A stretch of 64,000 nucleotides of DNA from Obrimoposthia wandeli (taxonomy: Eukaryota): positions 1 through 64,000 of the forward strand of contig CDROCS010003093.1 in assembly GCA_977020255.1 (NCBI GenBank), in the 5' to 3' direction. Under the pieces are notes generated by a model. The model was not told the DNA's origin and ran no database searches. It saw only the letters and a program-made list of their open reading frames with translations. Both the position numbers and the translations under genes were made by a program. Below, one piece after another: positions 1 through 10,514 of this stretch. Position 1 is the stretch's first letter, and every line of letters begins with the position of its first letter.

Positions 1-629
1 TAGCCGTAGTGCCCGCTATAAAGCACCAAAAAAAGACCCGCTATGTTCTCTAGCATGATTGATAAAGGTAATAGGCAAAAATGCTGCTCTACATTTAAAT
101 CACTAATTTGTTCATATAACGAGAGACACACATCATCGATTAAACCTCGACTAATACATACCCCTTTAGGTGCTCCAGTTGTGCCTGATGTATAAGTAAC
201 TAATGCTGTTTTAGCGGGCCAATTATGGGTGCTTAGCTCTCTTTCTAGCTTAAAGCACTGACAGCTCAAGCGAGGAAATCCAACGCTGCTCGCTTGTAAT
301 GCGCCTACTTGTGATTCATGCATTACAAATAAAAGATCTATTTGGCTTTGCGTTAATGCATGTATCACCTGTTGTTTACTGAAAAATAACGGTATTGGTG
401 TTACCGGTAATTTAGCTTGCATTGCCGCTAGCTGGATCACCACCCAATCGAACTGGTTATCCAAGTAAATACCGATATGATGCACTTGCAGCTCTACAAA
501 TTTTGCAGATAAGTCATTAATTTCTCGAACTAACATCGAATATGTAACTGACTTTTTGCCATCTGTTAATGCAATGCTATGAGGTGCTAGCTGTGCTTGC
601 TTTTGTATCTGTTGAAGTAACATGCTCAT
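1..629 (-). CDS. AMP-binding (ANL superfamily) acyl-CoA synthetase-like enzyme, N-terminal part; runs off the window edge
   Basis: Not in the ORF track; hand translation from ATG at 629 gives MSMLLQQIQKQAQLAPHSIA..., with the in-frame adenylation P-loop VTYTSGTTGAPKG at about 162-200; starts 2 bp after the upstream stop. Confidence 0.88.
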   Translation of the reverse strand, partial: MSMLLQQIQKQAQLAPHSIALTDGKKSVTYSMLVREINDLSAKFVELQVHHIGIYLDNQFDWVVIQLAAMQAKLPVTPIPLFFSKQQVIHALTQSQIDLLFVMHESQVGALQASSVGFPRLSCQCFKLERELSTHNWPAKTALVTYTSGTTGAPKGVCISRGLIDDVCLSLYEQISDLNVEQHFCLLPLSIMLENIAGLFLVLYSGHYG

Positions 630-630
630 A

Positions 631-1314
631 TTAAATACCCTCAACTGATAGCTGATAATTTTCATCAACAGCGGGAGCCTCAACCCGTTGTATGATTTTC
701 CTCATAAGCTCATTTTCTTCTAAGCTTTTGATACTATTATCAATATTTGCACAGACAACAATAGGATGCTTTTCATAATAATTACCCCAATTGCTTTGAG
801 AACTCTGCACAGCCTCAACTCTCGCTTTGGTTAACGTTTTAAGTTCTATTTCAATATTCAGTTTTTTAAAAATATTAATTACTTGGGGTATGGCTGTCAT
901 CACCATCCATTTAAAACCTATATTTTTGAAGTAATGTGCTAAATTTATAATCAGCCGCAGCGTACCCCCAGAAGAAAGTGATGCTAAATTTCCCACTTCT
1001 ACAATGTCTTTTCGATGGGGAGTTACTACATTCAAATGCTCAGCAATGCACTGCTCTATCGGGCTTGATAAATACTGCTCTAAATACAAGCGATGCTGTG
1101 CAGCACACTGGTAACCCATTGCAGCTTTTAAGCGAACATTCGTATCAATTAAGGCCAATGTATGTGGTAAGAAATCTTTAACATCCGCTCCATGAGCAGA
1201 CTTAAAACATGAGTTTGTAAAGTATCTGACAATTTCCCTATTCGCTTTTTGCTCAATAATAATGACTTGAGATTTCACGGGGCTTTTCAGATAACCTTCT
1301 AGTAATGCTGACAT
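631..1314 (-). CDS. 'Thermostable hemolysin' (delta-VPH / T_hemolysin family) protein
   Basis: Family motifs LYLEQYLSSPIEQ, IVEVGNLAS and KWMVMTA; typical position directly upstream of an AMP-binding gene. Confidence 0.8.
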   Translation of the reverse strand: MSALLEGYLKSPVKSQVIIIEQKANREIVRYFTNSCFKSAHGADVKDFLPHTLALIDTNVRLKAAMGYQCAAQHRLYLEQYLSSPIEQCIAEHLNVVTPHRKDIVEVGNLASLSSGGTLRLIINLAHYFKNIGFKWMVMTAIPQVINIFKKLNIEIELKTLTKARVEAVQSSQSNWGNYYEKHPIVVCANIDNSIKSLEENELMRKIIQRVEAPAVDENYQLSVEGI

Positions 1315-1361
1315 ATAAATGCCCTCTCTTTAGTTGATAACCAAGAGGATAAAGAGAGTTT

Positions 1362-1387
1362 CTTAAAGAAATCTTAAGGAAGTTAAG
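1362..1387 (-). promoter_or_regulatory. Putative OmpR-family (PmrA/QseB-like) direct-repeat box
   Basis: Minus strand reads CTTAAC-ttc-CTTAAG-atttc-TTTAAG; the YTTAAK-N5-YTTAAK pair lies about 50-65 bp upstream of the ATG at 1314. Confidence 0.45.
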
Positions 1388-1600
1388 AAATACTTGATAG
1401 CCAAATAAAATACGTACGAATTCGTGATATGAATTTAATATTGGGTTTACATATTTAAATTTAAGCGCAGCTGAAAACCAAGGGTGGGGGATCTGGTCAG
1501 TTATTGATAGCCTATTATGGACAAAATTCTCTTGAGTAGAGGAGTTAAAATATATCTAAATTAGTCCTTAGTTTGTTAATTTGCCGTTTATAGGCAAGTC

Positions 1601-3394
1601 TCAAAGCGGCCAAACCAGCATAATTAACGGCACGGCGACAACTACAATAATGACATCTAATGGCAAGCCCATGCGCCAATAATCACTAAATTGGTATCCT
1701 CCGGGGCCCATAACTAAGGTATTTGACTGATGCCCTATTGGTGTCATGAACGCACAAGAGGCACCAATTGCTACGGTCATAAAAAATGGATCCGGACTCA
1801 CATTCAAGCCTTGTGAGATGCTATAAGCTAATGGTGCCATTACTACTGCTGTGGCGGCATTGTTAATCACATCCGATAGCAACATTGTCATTATCAATAA
1901 GAGAGTTATGATCACGAAAACCGGCAATCCGGCTGTAACATCTAGTAGCTTGCTCGCCATTAAAGCGGTTAACCCCGTTTGCTCCAGTGCCTTGCCTACT
2001 GGGATCAATGAGGCAAGTAAAATTATTATTGGCCAATCTATAGCGTCATACAAATTACGAACAGGTATTAGCTCAAGCAGTACATAAACCATCACGGCTA
2101 AGACAAAGACAATAGCCAATGGTAGTATTTTTAACACCCCTAACCCAACAGCTACAGCAAAAACAGTCATTGCAATAGCGACCCTGCGCTTACTGCCGAT
2201 GGTTAAATTACGCTCTGCAAGCGGTACGAGTCCTAAATCTGAAAGTTGCTCTTCTATGCTATCTGCTGCACCTTGTAATAATAGAATATCCCCAGCACGA
2301 AAGTTTTGGCGTCTAATGCGCTTTTGTACCCTTTTGCCTTCTCTAGCAAAACCAACTAATGCAATCGAACTGTTACTTCTGCGCCGTAAAAAAGGCACAT
2401 CTCTCGCCTCTAAACAAGAGCCACGCTTTATTACAGCCTCAACTAAAGTAAGGTTACCTTGGGTCAGTTCAATAAATTTTTTATCAGCACTGGTAATTAG
2501 CTCCAGATCATTCTTATCTAATAATGGCTGAATATCTGATGGATCACCTTGTAATACTAAAATATCCCCCGCTTTGAGTAGCTGAAAGCGCTTCATAGAC
2601 ATGGTTTCACCGTGCCTATGTGCAATACCAACCACTTCAATATTACCATCTTCTAAGCCTTGTATAGCATCGGCAGGCAATCCAACTAACTCTGATTCTT
2701 CCCTTATAATCACTTCTGTTAGGTAATCACCAATTGCGAATAATTGCTCTGGTGCACTACGGCTCATTCTTGCTTTAGGTATAAACCGCCAGCCGATTAA
2801 CCCTACAAAAAGCACACCGACCAGTGCTATCACAACGCCTACAGGAGAAAAGTCAAACATACTAAATGGCTCGCCCGTAACTTCTGCTCGCATCATTGCT
2901 ATTATGATATTTGGCGGGGTACCGATAGCGGTGGTCATTCCTCCTAAAATACTACCAAAGGCTAGCGGCATTAAGAGTATAGCGGGAGATCGATTGTGTT
3001 TTGCACAAGTAGTAATTGCTACCGGTAACATCAATGCCAACGCACCGACATTGTTCATAAAAGAGGAGGCTATTGTTACTACTACTGTCAGGAGTAAAAT
3101 ATGGCCTAATAAATTTTTCGTATAGGGCATTAATCCATGCGCGATTAAATCAACAACGCCGCAGCGACGCATGACTTCAGATATGACCAAAACTGCTGCC
3201 ACAGTTATTACAGCGGGATGAGCAAACCCTACAAACGCTAGGTCTGAGGAAACTAAACCCGTTAATACACAACAACCTAATGACAACGCTGCCACTATGT
3301 CATGGCGATACTTTCCCCAAACAAACAGTGCGATTGTTAAAAATAAAATAGCAGCTATTAGCATCTGCTGATTAGTCATATCTTTACCGTCCAT
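1601..3394 (-). CDS. SLC13/DASS family permease with central TrkA-C (RCK_C) domains
   Basis: SSFMNNVG and LSDVINNAATA motifs, TAIGTPPNII, FMTPIGHQSNTLVMGPGGY.F.DY; hydrophobic halves flanking a soluble middle. Confidence 0.88.
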   Translation of the reverse strand: MDGKDMTNQQMLIAAILFLTIALFVWGKYRHDIVAALSLGCCVLTGLVSSDLAFVGFAHPAVITVAAVLVISEVMRRCGVVDLIAHGLMPYTKNLLGHILLLTVVVTIASSFMNNVGALALMLPVAITTCAKHNRSPAILLMPLAFGSILGGMTTAIGTPPNIIIAMMRAEVTGEPFSMFDFSPVGVVIALVGVLFVGLIGWRFIPKARMSRSAPEQLFAIGDYLTEVIIREESELVGLPADAIQGLEDGNIEVVGIAHRHGETMSMKRFQLLKAGDILVLQGDPSDIQPLLDKNDLELITSADKKFIELTQGNLTLVEAVIKRGSCLEARDVPFLRRRSNSSIALVGFAREGKRVQKRIRRQNFRAGDILLLQGAADSIEEQLSDLGLVPLAERNLTIGSKRRVAIAMTVFAVAVGLGVLKILPLAIVFVLAVMVYVLLELIPVRNLYDAIDWPIIILLASLIPVGKALEQTGLTALMASKLLDVTAGLPVFVIITLLLIMTMLLSDVINNAATAVVMAPLAYSISQGLNVSPDPFFMTVAIGASCAFMTPIGHQSNTLVMGPGGYQFSDYWRMGLPLDVIIVVVAVPLIMLVWPL

Positions 3395-3528
3395 AGCTGT
3401 ACACGAGGTTTTAAAATCGATATCTAGGGTATTTTTATTATAGTTTATAAATATTATGATCTATCTTAAATACTAGAATTTCTTATTTGAACAGCATTAA
3501 AATATCAAATCAGGATGGGTGCAGCAAG

Positions 3529-3610
3529 TTAACCTCTAAGGGCTTATTTGACTTGGCTGATGTTGCGAGAAAAATAAAAACGGCTGTTAGTTGAAATGAT
3601 ACGAGCTTTT
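3529..3610 (+). repeat. Degenerate left half of the palindromic element at 50744-50896
   Basis: Shares TTAACCTCTA, GACTT, GCGAGAAAA, AAAAC and CGAGCT in the same order and similar spacing; aligned by eye. Confidence 0.4.
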
Positions 3611-3657
3611 ATAAAATATTATAAGAATAGGGAGGGCAGTAGGAAATATTTAATACT

Positions 3658-3692
3658 TACCCACATGCCTAGTTTTTACTAGGCTGTGGGTA
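3658..3692 (-). terminator. Hairpin, likely intrinsic terminator of the ABC operon
   Basis: TACCCACA-t-GCCTAG-ttttta-CTAGGC-TGTGGGTA, just past the permease stop at 3701. Confidence 0.6.
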
Positions 3693-3700
3693 TCAGTATT

Positions 3701-4552
3701 TTAACCGGGTGTTAAACCTCTTTGACGCTCACTTCTACGTCTAATCAGTTCTAACACAGTCAGTAGTAATATTGAAATAGCGACGAGAATTGTCGCCACC
3801 GCTAATATTGTTGGGCTTATTTGCTCACGAATACCACCCCACATTTGTAATGGGATCGTACGCTCTTCAGGTCCTGCAATAAAGATTGCGACAACCACTT
3901 CATCAAAAGAGGTAATGAAGGCAAACAGTGCGCCTGAAATAACACCTGGCGTTACTAAAGGCAACATTACTCTAAAGAACACAACTCTTGAGTCAGCACC
4001 TAAACCCGCTGCTGCTCTGGTTAATGAATGATCAAAGCCCGACAAGGTAGCGGTTACTGTGATAACGACAAAGGGTATGCCCAATGCTGTATGCGCTAAT
4101 ATCAACCCAAGGAAAGAGTTAGCTAAACCAATACTAGAGTAAAAGAAGAACATGCCAGCAGCTGAAATGATCAAAGGTACGATCATTGGAGAAATCAAAA
4201 GACTCATTATCACTGTACGATAAGGCATTTCAGGTCGAGATAAGCCCAGTGCAGCTAATGTTCCTAGCGAGGTAGCTAACAAAGTTGAGCAAATGGCAAC
4301 AAAGAAGCTGTTCTTTATCGATTTCATCCATACTTCACTAGCGAAGAACTCTTCGTACCAGCGCATAGAGTAGCCTGCTGGATCAAAAGAAAGCATCTCT
4401 GGTGTAAACGTAAAGTACGGTTGTACGTTAAATGATAATGGCACGATTATAAGTATCGGACCTATCAAGAATAAGAAAATAAGTGCACAGATAATACGGT
4501 AAGAGTAGTACCAAGTGCGTTCAATTTTGCCTGCGTAAATTGGAATAGCCAT
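3701..4552 (-). CDS. PotC-like ABC permease
   Basis: EAA-type loop LTRAAAGLGA, ITSFDEVVVAIF, PLQMW. Confidence 0.9.
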   Translation of the reverse strand: MAIPIYAGKIERTWYYSYRIICALIFLFLIGPILIIVPLSFNVQPYFTFTPEMLSFDPAGYSMRWYEEFFASEVWMKSIKNSFFVAICSTLLATSLGTLAALGLSRPEMPYRTVIMSLLISPMIVPLIISAAGMFFFYSSIGLANSFLGLILAHTALGIPFVVITVTATLSGFDHSLTRAAAGLGADSRVVFFRVMLPLVTPGVISGALFAFITSFDEVVVAIFIAGPEERTIPLQMWGGIREQISPTILAVATILVAISILLLTVLELIRRRSERQRGLTPG

Positions 4553-4563
4553 GTTTATACCCC

Positions 4564-5826
4564 CTAACCCATCTTCATTTTGTCTATGCCGACAACTTTG
4601 TTAAATAAGGCATAAAACACCATCACGATCACTAATAGTATAAATCCTAGTGCACCTGCAAGTCCCCAGTTTAGAGAGTTCTGCATATGGTAAGCAATCA
4701 TATTACTGATCAACAAGCCACTTTGTCCGCCCACTAATGCCGGTGTTATGTAGTAACCAATTGATAGAATAAATACCAGCAAACTACCTGCACCAATACC
4801 GGTAACAGTCATTGGAATATACACTCTAATGAAAGAGACAACTGGATTAGCACCTAAAGAAAGCGCTGCTCGCATATAAGATGGCGGTATAGTTTTCATG
4901 ACACTATAAAGCGGTAAAACCATAAACGGTAATAGTATGTGCGTCATAGCGATAATGGTGCCGGTCTTGTTAAAGATCATCTGCAAACGGCCAGCTTCAT
5001 CAATTATATTTGCCCAAACCAGCACATCATTGAGCACCCCCTCGGTTTGCAGCAATACAATCCACGTTGTTGTACGTACTAAAAGAGATGTCCAAAAAGG
5101 TAGCAAGACCAATATCATCAATAAATTACTTTTAGCTAACGGTAACGTTGCCAGTAAATAAGCAATTGGATAAGCCAGTAATATACAAATCACAGTAATG
5201 GTAAAACTCATCAACAGAGTTCGGCCAAATAATGATTGATAAATCTGTTTGTTCTCAGCTTTAGGTACGACTTCACCCGCGTCATTGGTCTTGTAATCAA
5301 CAGCTGAAATTAGGTAAGAACTGGTAAGAATGCCCGACTCTCTTTTAATTAATGACCAAACGCCGATATCACCCCAAGACTTATCAATTTCGATCATCTT
5401 GTCTTTAAAAGGGCCTTCTTTTAACTTGGCCGCTTTTCGTGCTGAGCCTGTGATTACTCTTCGCATTCCGCTGCGTTCATAATTCAAGCGAGTGGCCACT
5501 TTACCAATATTCTTGTTTTTTCGCCCTTGAGTTAAATCTGTCACCAGTGCTGCATAGGCCGCTTCGTTAGGTAACTCTTTTTCATCCCAGCTCGCTAATG
5601 CTTTTACAACATTAGGCATAATATTCGCCACCTGTGGGTTTTCAACTCCACGCAACGTCATGTTAACAACAGGGATAATAAAACTAACGGTGATAAATAT
5701 GAGGAGTGGTGCGACTAACAAAAACGCCCACAATTTTAGTTTACGCTGGGATCTCTTCAAACTTACCTTCAATGGAACCCCATCGTTGGTTGTCATTTCA
5801 CCCACTTTTGAATATGTATTAGCCAT
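4564..5826 (-). CDS. PotB-like ABC permease with large periplasmic insertion
   Basis: LLPFWTSLLVRT, HILLPFMVLPLY, YMRAALSLGANP, GYYITPALVGG. Confidence 0.9.
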   Translation of the reverse strand: MANTYSKVGEMTTNDGVPLKVSLKRSQRKLKLWAFLLVAPLLIFITVSFIIPVVNMTLRGVENPQVANIMPNVVKALASWDEKELPNEAAYAALVTDLTQGRKNKNIGKVATRLNYERSGMRRVITGSARKAAKLKEGPFKDKMIEIDKSWGDIGVWSLIKRESGILTSSYLISAVDYKTNDAGEVVPKAENKQIYQSLFGRTLLMSFTITVICILLAYPIAYLLATLPLAKSNLLMILVLLPFWTSLLVRTTTWIVLLQTEGVLNDVLVWANIIDEAGRLQMIFNKTGTIIAMTHILLPFMVLPLYSVMKTIPPSYMRAALSLGANPVVSFIRVYIPMTVTGIGAGSLLVFILSIGYYITPALVGGQSGLLISNMIAYHMQNSLNWGLAGALGFILLVIVMVFYALFNKVVGIDKMKMG

Positions 5827-6097
5827 ATGCTCTCAACCTAATTGTAGAATGGTTATTTATTATTGTTGTTTAGTACTGCTTTTATGTACTTAAAACCAGT
5901 TAGGTACTGTCTTTACAAAATTTAAATCATCAACAAATTACCAATTTTCATTACATGAAAAATACTGTTGATTTAAAGGATATTATTTTATGCATGCCAT
6001 ACTTTGCGCTTTGATCAATGGTTACTAGTTGTTAAACACGACTAGTTAAAATATTGATTTGATAAGTATGCAGATTATTTTAGTGTCTCTTAAGGGG

Positions 6098-6138
6098 TTG
6101 TCTAAAAGCGTTAGTTTAACTTGGCAACTTTTAGACAA
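6098..6138. other. Intercistronic stem-loop between the binding-protein and permease genes
   Basis: TTGTCTAAAAG (6098-6108) pairs perfectly with CTTTTAGACAA (6128-6138); usual position for an mRNA-stabilising or attenuating hairpin. Confidence 0.5.
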
Positions 6139-6215
6139 GCTCCTAAAAAACCTCAAACTTAAAAACTTAAAAAAGCGAAGTTAGCTTTAGCTAACCTCAC
6201 TTTTAATAGTGTAAC

Positions 6216-7313
6216 TTACTTAGATAACCAAGCGTTGAAGCGCTCGTTCATGTCATCTTTATTGTTAGCCCACCATTCAGCATTTTTAATTACTGGGTTT
6301 TTGAAGTTCTCAGGATTTGTTGGCATATGAGGCTTCATGTCGATACCCGTATCAGCATGCTTTCCAACAAGTGATGCAGATGATGCACGTGCAGGACCGT
6401 ATGAAATGTACTTAGACTGATCAGCTAAACGCTGTGTATCAGTAGCAAACTTGATGTACTCTTTCATTTGTGGAGTCAACTTACCTTTTGGTACAACCCA
6501 GCCGTCGATTTCAGCTAACTGGCCATCCCAAATGATAGTGAATGGCTGTTTTTCTTCAACTTGTGCGCCGAAGAAACGACCGTTGAAACCACTCGCAATA
6601 CTTACTTCTTTATCTGCTAGTAGTTGTGGTGGTTGAGCACCCGCTTCCCACCAAACGATAGAGTCTTTAATAGTATCTAGCTTTTTAAATGCGCGAGTTA
6701 AGCCCTCTTCAGTACTTAAAACATCATACACATCTTTCGTTGCTACACCGTCAGCAACCAATGCCCACTCTAGGTTTCCATCAGGCACTTTTTGCAGTGA
6801 GCGCTTACCAGGGAATTTTTTCAGATCAAAGATATCTGCAATGGTGCTTGGCTTGTCGCCAGGGAATAGCTCGTCGTTATAAGCGAAAAGTGTCGCGTAT
6901 ACAATTTGCGGGATAAAGCAGCCGTTCAATCCACCTAAGAAATCTTTCATTGGTGAAGTTCCATCTGGAGCTGCAGCCAAAATTTCGTCGTAATTGATTT
7001 CTTCGATTAAACCTTCATCACAGGCGATCATAGAATCACCTTCAAGCATATCTACAAGATCCCAAGTTACATTGTTCGCTTCCACTTGTGAGCGAATGCC
7101 TGCTAGACCTGTACCAGATTTGTCTTCATGCAAAAACTTAGTACCGCTTTTTGCTGTCCAAGGCTCATGATATGCACGAGTTTGGCTTTTAGTGTAAGAG
7201 CCACCCCATGATACTACTGTGAATGTATCTTCAGCCTGAGCAACATTTGCCATGGAGAAAGATACAGCCGCAACAGCTGTCGCGACAATTGAACGTTTCA
7301 GTAACTTCTTCAT
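6216..7313 (-). CDS. ABC substrate-binding protein, PotD/PotF-like family
   Basis: Signal peptide, VVSWGGSY, TWDLVD, FDLKKFPGKR, WDGQ motifs. Confidence 0.9.
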   Translation of the reverse strand: MKKLLKRSIVATAVAAVSFSMANVAQAEDTFTVVSWGGSYTKSQTRAYHEPWTAKSGTKFLHEDKSGTGLAGIRSQVEANNVTWDLVDMLEGDSMIACDEGLIEEINYDEILAAAPDGTSPMKDFLGGLNGCFIPQIVYATLFAYNDELFPGDKPSTIADIFDLKKFPGKRSLQKVPDGNLEWALVADGVATKDVYDVLSTEEGLTRAFKKLDTIKDSIVWWEAGAQPPQLLADKEVSIASGFNGRFFGAQVEEKQPFTIIWDGQLAEIDGWVVPKGKLTPQMKEYIKFATDTQRLADQSKYISYGPARASSASLVGKHADTGIDMKPHMPTNPENFKNPVIKNAEWWANNKDDMNERFNAWLSK

Positions 7314-7424
7314 CTTCTTGTTTTCCTTTTTTTATTAGTTCTTAAGGTAAAAATAACGATTTTTTTGATACTTACTTTATTTTACACAATTCTTTTTTCT
7401 TAACTGCACTTAAGCATAGGACAC

Positions 7425-8531
7425 TTACGCATCTAATGCGCGGCAATCATCAGTGTTCCAACCAATTTTAATTGAATCACCTCGACTCATATGCTTTTGG
7501 TTGTGCGTGTTAGGTACTTTTATTATGAAATCGGTGTTTCCTGAAACAGAAACTCTGGTACGTGTATGATCTCCATGGTAAATAAGCTCTTCTACCATCG
7601 CACCACAGGTATTAGCACATTCGCCTTCACCTGGGTTTACAAGCACGCGTTCAGGGCGTAGCGATAACGTCGTTTCAGACCCAACACCCTCTACATTAAT
7701 TTTCTTTGCTTGTACTAATCCGCCACCGCCATTTAGCTCAACACTACAGTTTTCGCCCTCGACAGATACAACTTTACCCATCAAGCGATTATTTTCACCG
7801 ATGAAGTTTGCCACAAATGCATTGGTTGGCTGATCATATAAAACATGAGGTGATGCCAACTGCTGTACTATGCCATCGTCAAATACTGCAATGCGATCGG
7901 ACATAGTCAGTGCTTCAACCTGATCGTGGGTAACGTATAACATTGTTACGCCTAGATCTTCGTGGATATGCTTAATTTCGTACTGCATTTCTTCACGTAG
8001 GTTTTTATCCAAAGCACCTAATGGCTCATCCATCAATACAAGCTTAGGCTCAAACACTAATGCACGGGCAACGGCAACACGCTGTTGCTGGCCGCCTGAC
8101 AGTTGAGCGGGACGTCTGTTAGCAAAAAGATCTAAACGCACCATTTTTAGTGCACGATTAACCTTTTCAGTGATTTCAGATTTATTCATGTTACGTACTT
8201 GCAGCGGGAAGGCTAAATTCTCTGCGACGCTCATGTGGGGGAATAATGCGTAATTTTGAAATACCATTCCAATATCACGTTTGTGAGGGGCTACATTGTT
8301 TATTGATTGACCGTCTAAAATAATTTGACCGCTAGTCGCTGTTTCAAAACCCGCTAGCATCATTAAACAGGTTGTTTTACCTGATCCAGAGGGGCCTAAC
8401 ATCGTTAGGAATTCACCTTTCACCATGTCGACATTAAAATCTTTTACGACTAAATGGACTCCATCATAGCTCTTTTGCACATTCTTGAATTGCACCAAAA
8501 AATCTGGACTTGAATCCATAAAACTCTCCAT
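7425..8531 (-). CDS. PotA-like ABC ATPase with C-terminal TOBE domain
   Basis: Walker A GPSGSGKT, LSGGQQQR, LMDEPLGALD, YVTHDQ. Confidence 0.93.
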   Translation of the reverse strand: MESFMDSSPDFLVQFKNVQKSYDGVHLVVKDFNVDMVKGEFLTMLGPSGSGKTTCLMMLAGFETATSGQIILDGQSINNVAPHKRDIGMVFQNYALFPHMSVAENLAFPLQVRNMNKSEITEKVNRALKMVRLDLFANRRPAQLSGGQQQRVAVARALVFEPKLVLMDEPLGALDKNLREEMQYEIKHIHEDLGVTMLYVTHDQVEALTMSDRIAVFDDGIVQQLASPHVLYDQPTNAFVANFIGENNRLMGKVVSVEGENCSVELNGGGGLVQAKKINVEGVGSETTLSLRPERVLVNPGEGECANTCGAMVEELIYHGDHTRTRVSVSGNTDFIIKVPNTHNQKHMSRGDSIKIGWNTDDCRALDA

Positions 8532-8904
8532 TTATATTATTATTTTTAGCTGATTTTTATACTAGCACATGCGTTTTGAAATACACAACAGGCTTTCATT
8601 GTATTGCATTACTTAACTGATCAATCTTACACTCTACGACACTTTTGTTATTTAAAACGACATTTCCACTACTACTATTAACGACATATACTTAACCAAA
8701 AACTCCAATCAATATCTATTCATTTTATTTACTGATGAATAAACCCTTATTTTTTATAAAATAAAAAAAATATGTAATATTTTATGCAACGCATAATGTT
8801 TAGAATTTTTCCTAAAAGCGACACTCTTTAAAATGAAGTAAAACAATAGCATTCTACTTCTGCTAATTTAAACAAAGCCGCTATTCTAACTCTATTTTGA
8901 CGTT

Positions 8905-10119
8905 TTATTTACTGGGTAAAATCAAATGCTCTGGCCCGTATGCAAAACCTGTTACGTTCTCATTTCCCTGCTCGTTTATGACCAAAATATCGTGCTCTCT
9001 ATAGCCTCCAGCACCCGGTAAATGATCAGGTATTGTAATCATAGGCTCCATTGAAACCACCATGCCTGGCTCTAGCACCGTATGGCAATCTTCACGTAAC
9101 TCTAAACCGGCTTCACGACCATAATAATGACTTAGAACACCAAAGGAATGCCCGTAGCCAAATGATCTATATTGTAATAAATCCTCTGCTGCGTACATTT
9201 CATTTAGCTCTGCTGCTATGTCTGAACATTTGTTGCCAGGCACTAACAGCTCTTTACCTTTGTCATGGATCTTACAGTTAAAGTCCCATAGTCGAATATT
9301 TTCATCACTCGCTGATCCTGCAAACATGGTACGCTCAAGTGCAACGTAATAGCCTGCAACCATTGGGAAGCAATTAAGTGAGAGTATGTCCCCTTCTTCT
9401 ATGAGCCTTGAGGTTACAGGGTTATGCGCACCGTCTGTGTTCAGACCAGATTGAAACCACGTCCAAGTATCAAGTAACTCGCCTTCTGGCCAAGTTTTAG
9501 CGATTTCTCTAATCATAGTGGCGGTTGAATGTAGAGCGACTTCTCTTTCACTTACACCTACTCTTGCAGCCTCTGCACAAGCGGCTCCGCCTATATCGGC
9601 GATGCGCGTCATCTGTCTTATGTGCGCTATCTCTTCTGCTGATTTAATCATGCGAAGATGCATTGCTGATGCAGCTATATCTACGAACTCAACATTTGGA
9701 AACGCTCCCTTAAGACGCTGCAGTTGATCTAAATTACAGTGGTCAAACTCAATACCAATACGCTTTGCATCACCCGTTAACTTGGCAATTGCTTTAAAGA
9801 AGTTATCTTTTTGCCAATCGGTATAGGTAATGTTTTCGCCACGGGTGCGTCTCCAAGGCTGCCCTCCATCAATACCAGCACTCACACTTGTAACGTTTTC
9901 TTGATCTATCACTAATCCATAGTTTCGTCCAAAATAGCAATACATGAAGTCTGAGTAATAACATATATTGTGATAAGAGCTAAACAGTGCTGCATCTATG
10001 TCTTGTGCTGCCATATGGGTACGAATAGCACTGTGGCGTCTATTCATTTCTGCATCTGAAAAAGTGCCTTTTGCTTTAGCACCGTTATCTGCAAAGCTTT
10101 GTAGTGAGGGCATTTCCAT
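8905..10119 (-). CDS. Creatinase (creatine amidinohydrolase, M24 fold)
   Basis: Near-continuous match to Pseudomonas putida creatinase as recalled: DTWTWFQSG.NTDGAHNPVT, LNCFPM.AGYY.ALERT, GYGHSFG.LSHYYGREAGLELRED, GAGGYREHDIL. Confidence 0.93.
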   Translation of the reverse strand: MEMPSLQSFADNGAKAKGTFSDAEMNRRHSAIRTHMAAQDIDAALFSSYHNICYYSDFMYCYFGRNYGLVIDQENVTSVSAGIDGGQPWRRTRGENITYTDWQKDNFFKAIAKLTGDAKRIGIEFDHCNLDQLQRLKGAFPNVEFVDIAASAMHLRMIKSAEEIAHIRQMTRIADIGGAACAEAARVGVSEREVALHSTATMIREIAKTWPEGELLDTWTWFQSGLNTDGAHNPVTSRLIEEGDILSLNCFPMVAGYYVALERTMFAGSASDENIRLWDFNCKIHDKGKELLVPGNKCSDIAAELNEMYAAEDLLQYRSFGYGHSFGVLSHYYGREAGLELREDCHTVLEPGMVVSMEPMITIPDHLPGAGGYREHDILVINEQGNENVTGFAYGPEHLILPSK

Positions 10120-10271
10120 TATTGTATCTCCAAGAGTCGTATCAGGTTGCTTATAGCTACTTCATTTACTGAAATAAGTACGGTTAGCGCCCTTTTATGT
10201 TTGTTGATTAATTTCCTCTATTAAATGCCAGTGTGATGGCTTTGGTCAAACGAGCGTTTTTCAGTAATTAA

Positions 10272-10286
10272 ATGAATTTTATTCAT
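10272..10286. promoter_or_regulatory. Putative LysR recognition site
   Basis: Palindrome ATGAA-TTTTA-TTCAT containing T-N11-A, in the divergent creatinase/LysR intergenic region. Confidence 0.5.
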
Positions 10287-10514
10287 CAAGATTTTTTCTT
10301 CAATAATACTATGAATTTTCTAGTGTTTTTAACACAAAGCGCTCAATTACCGAATACATGCATGGTTTTACTGACACTTTGATCTAATCCTTTTTTTATT
10401 TTAGTATTTCGCTTTAACTTAACATCCTGTTACGCTGTAAATATTTCAGCGAATGTCATGCTTATCCAATGCTTTTCACTGACGATGTCATTAGCTAACC
10501 AAGGTAAATAGTCT

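Noticed and set aside
631-1314. Secreted cytolysin or virulence factor
   Set aside because: The name is historical; no signal peptide, and operon context points to an enzyme
10215-10230. TGGCA on the minus strand as a sigma54 promoter for creatinase
   Set aside because: No GC at the -12 position (TGGCATTTAATAGAGG)
10272-10286. ArgR ARG box
   Set aside because: TGAAT-N3-ATTCA is one base shorter than the ARG box spacing; fits LysR T-N11-A better
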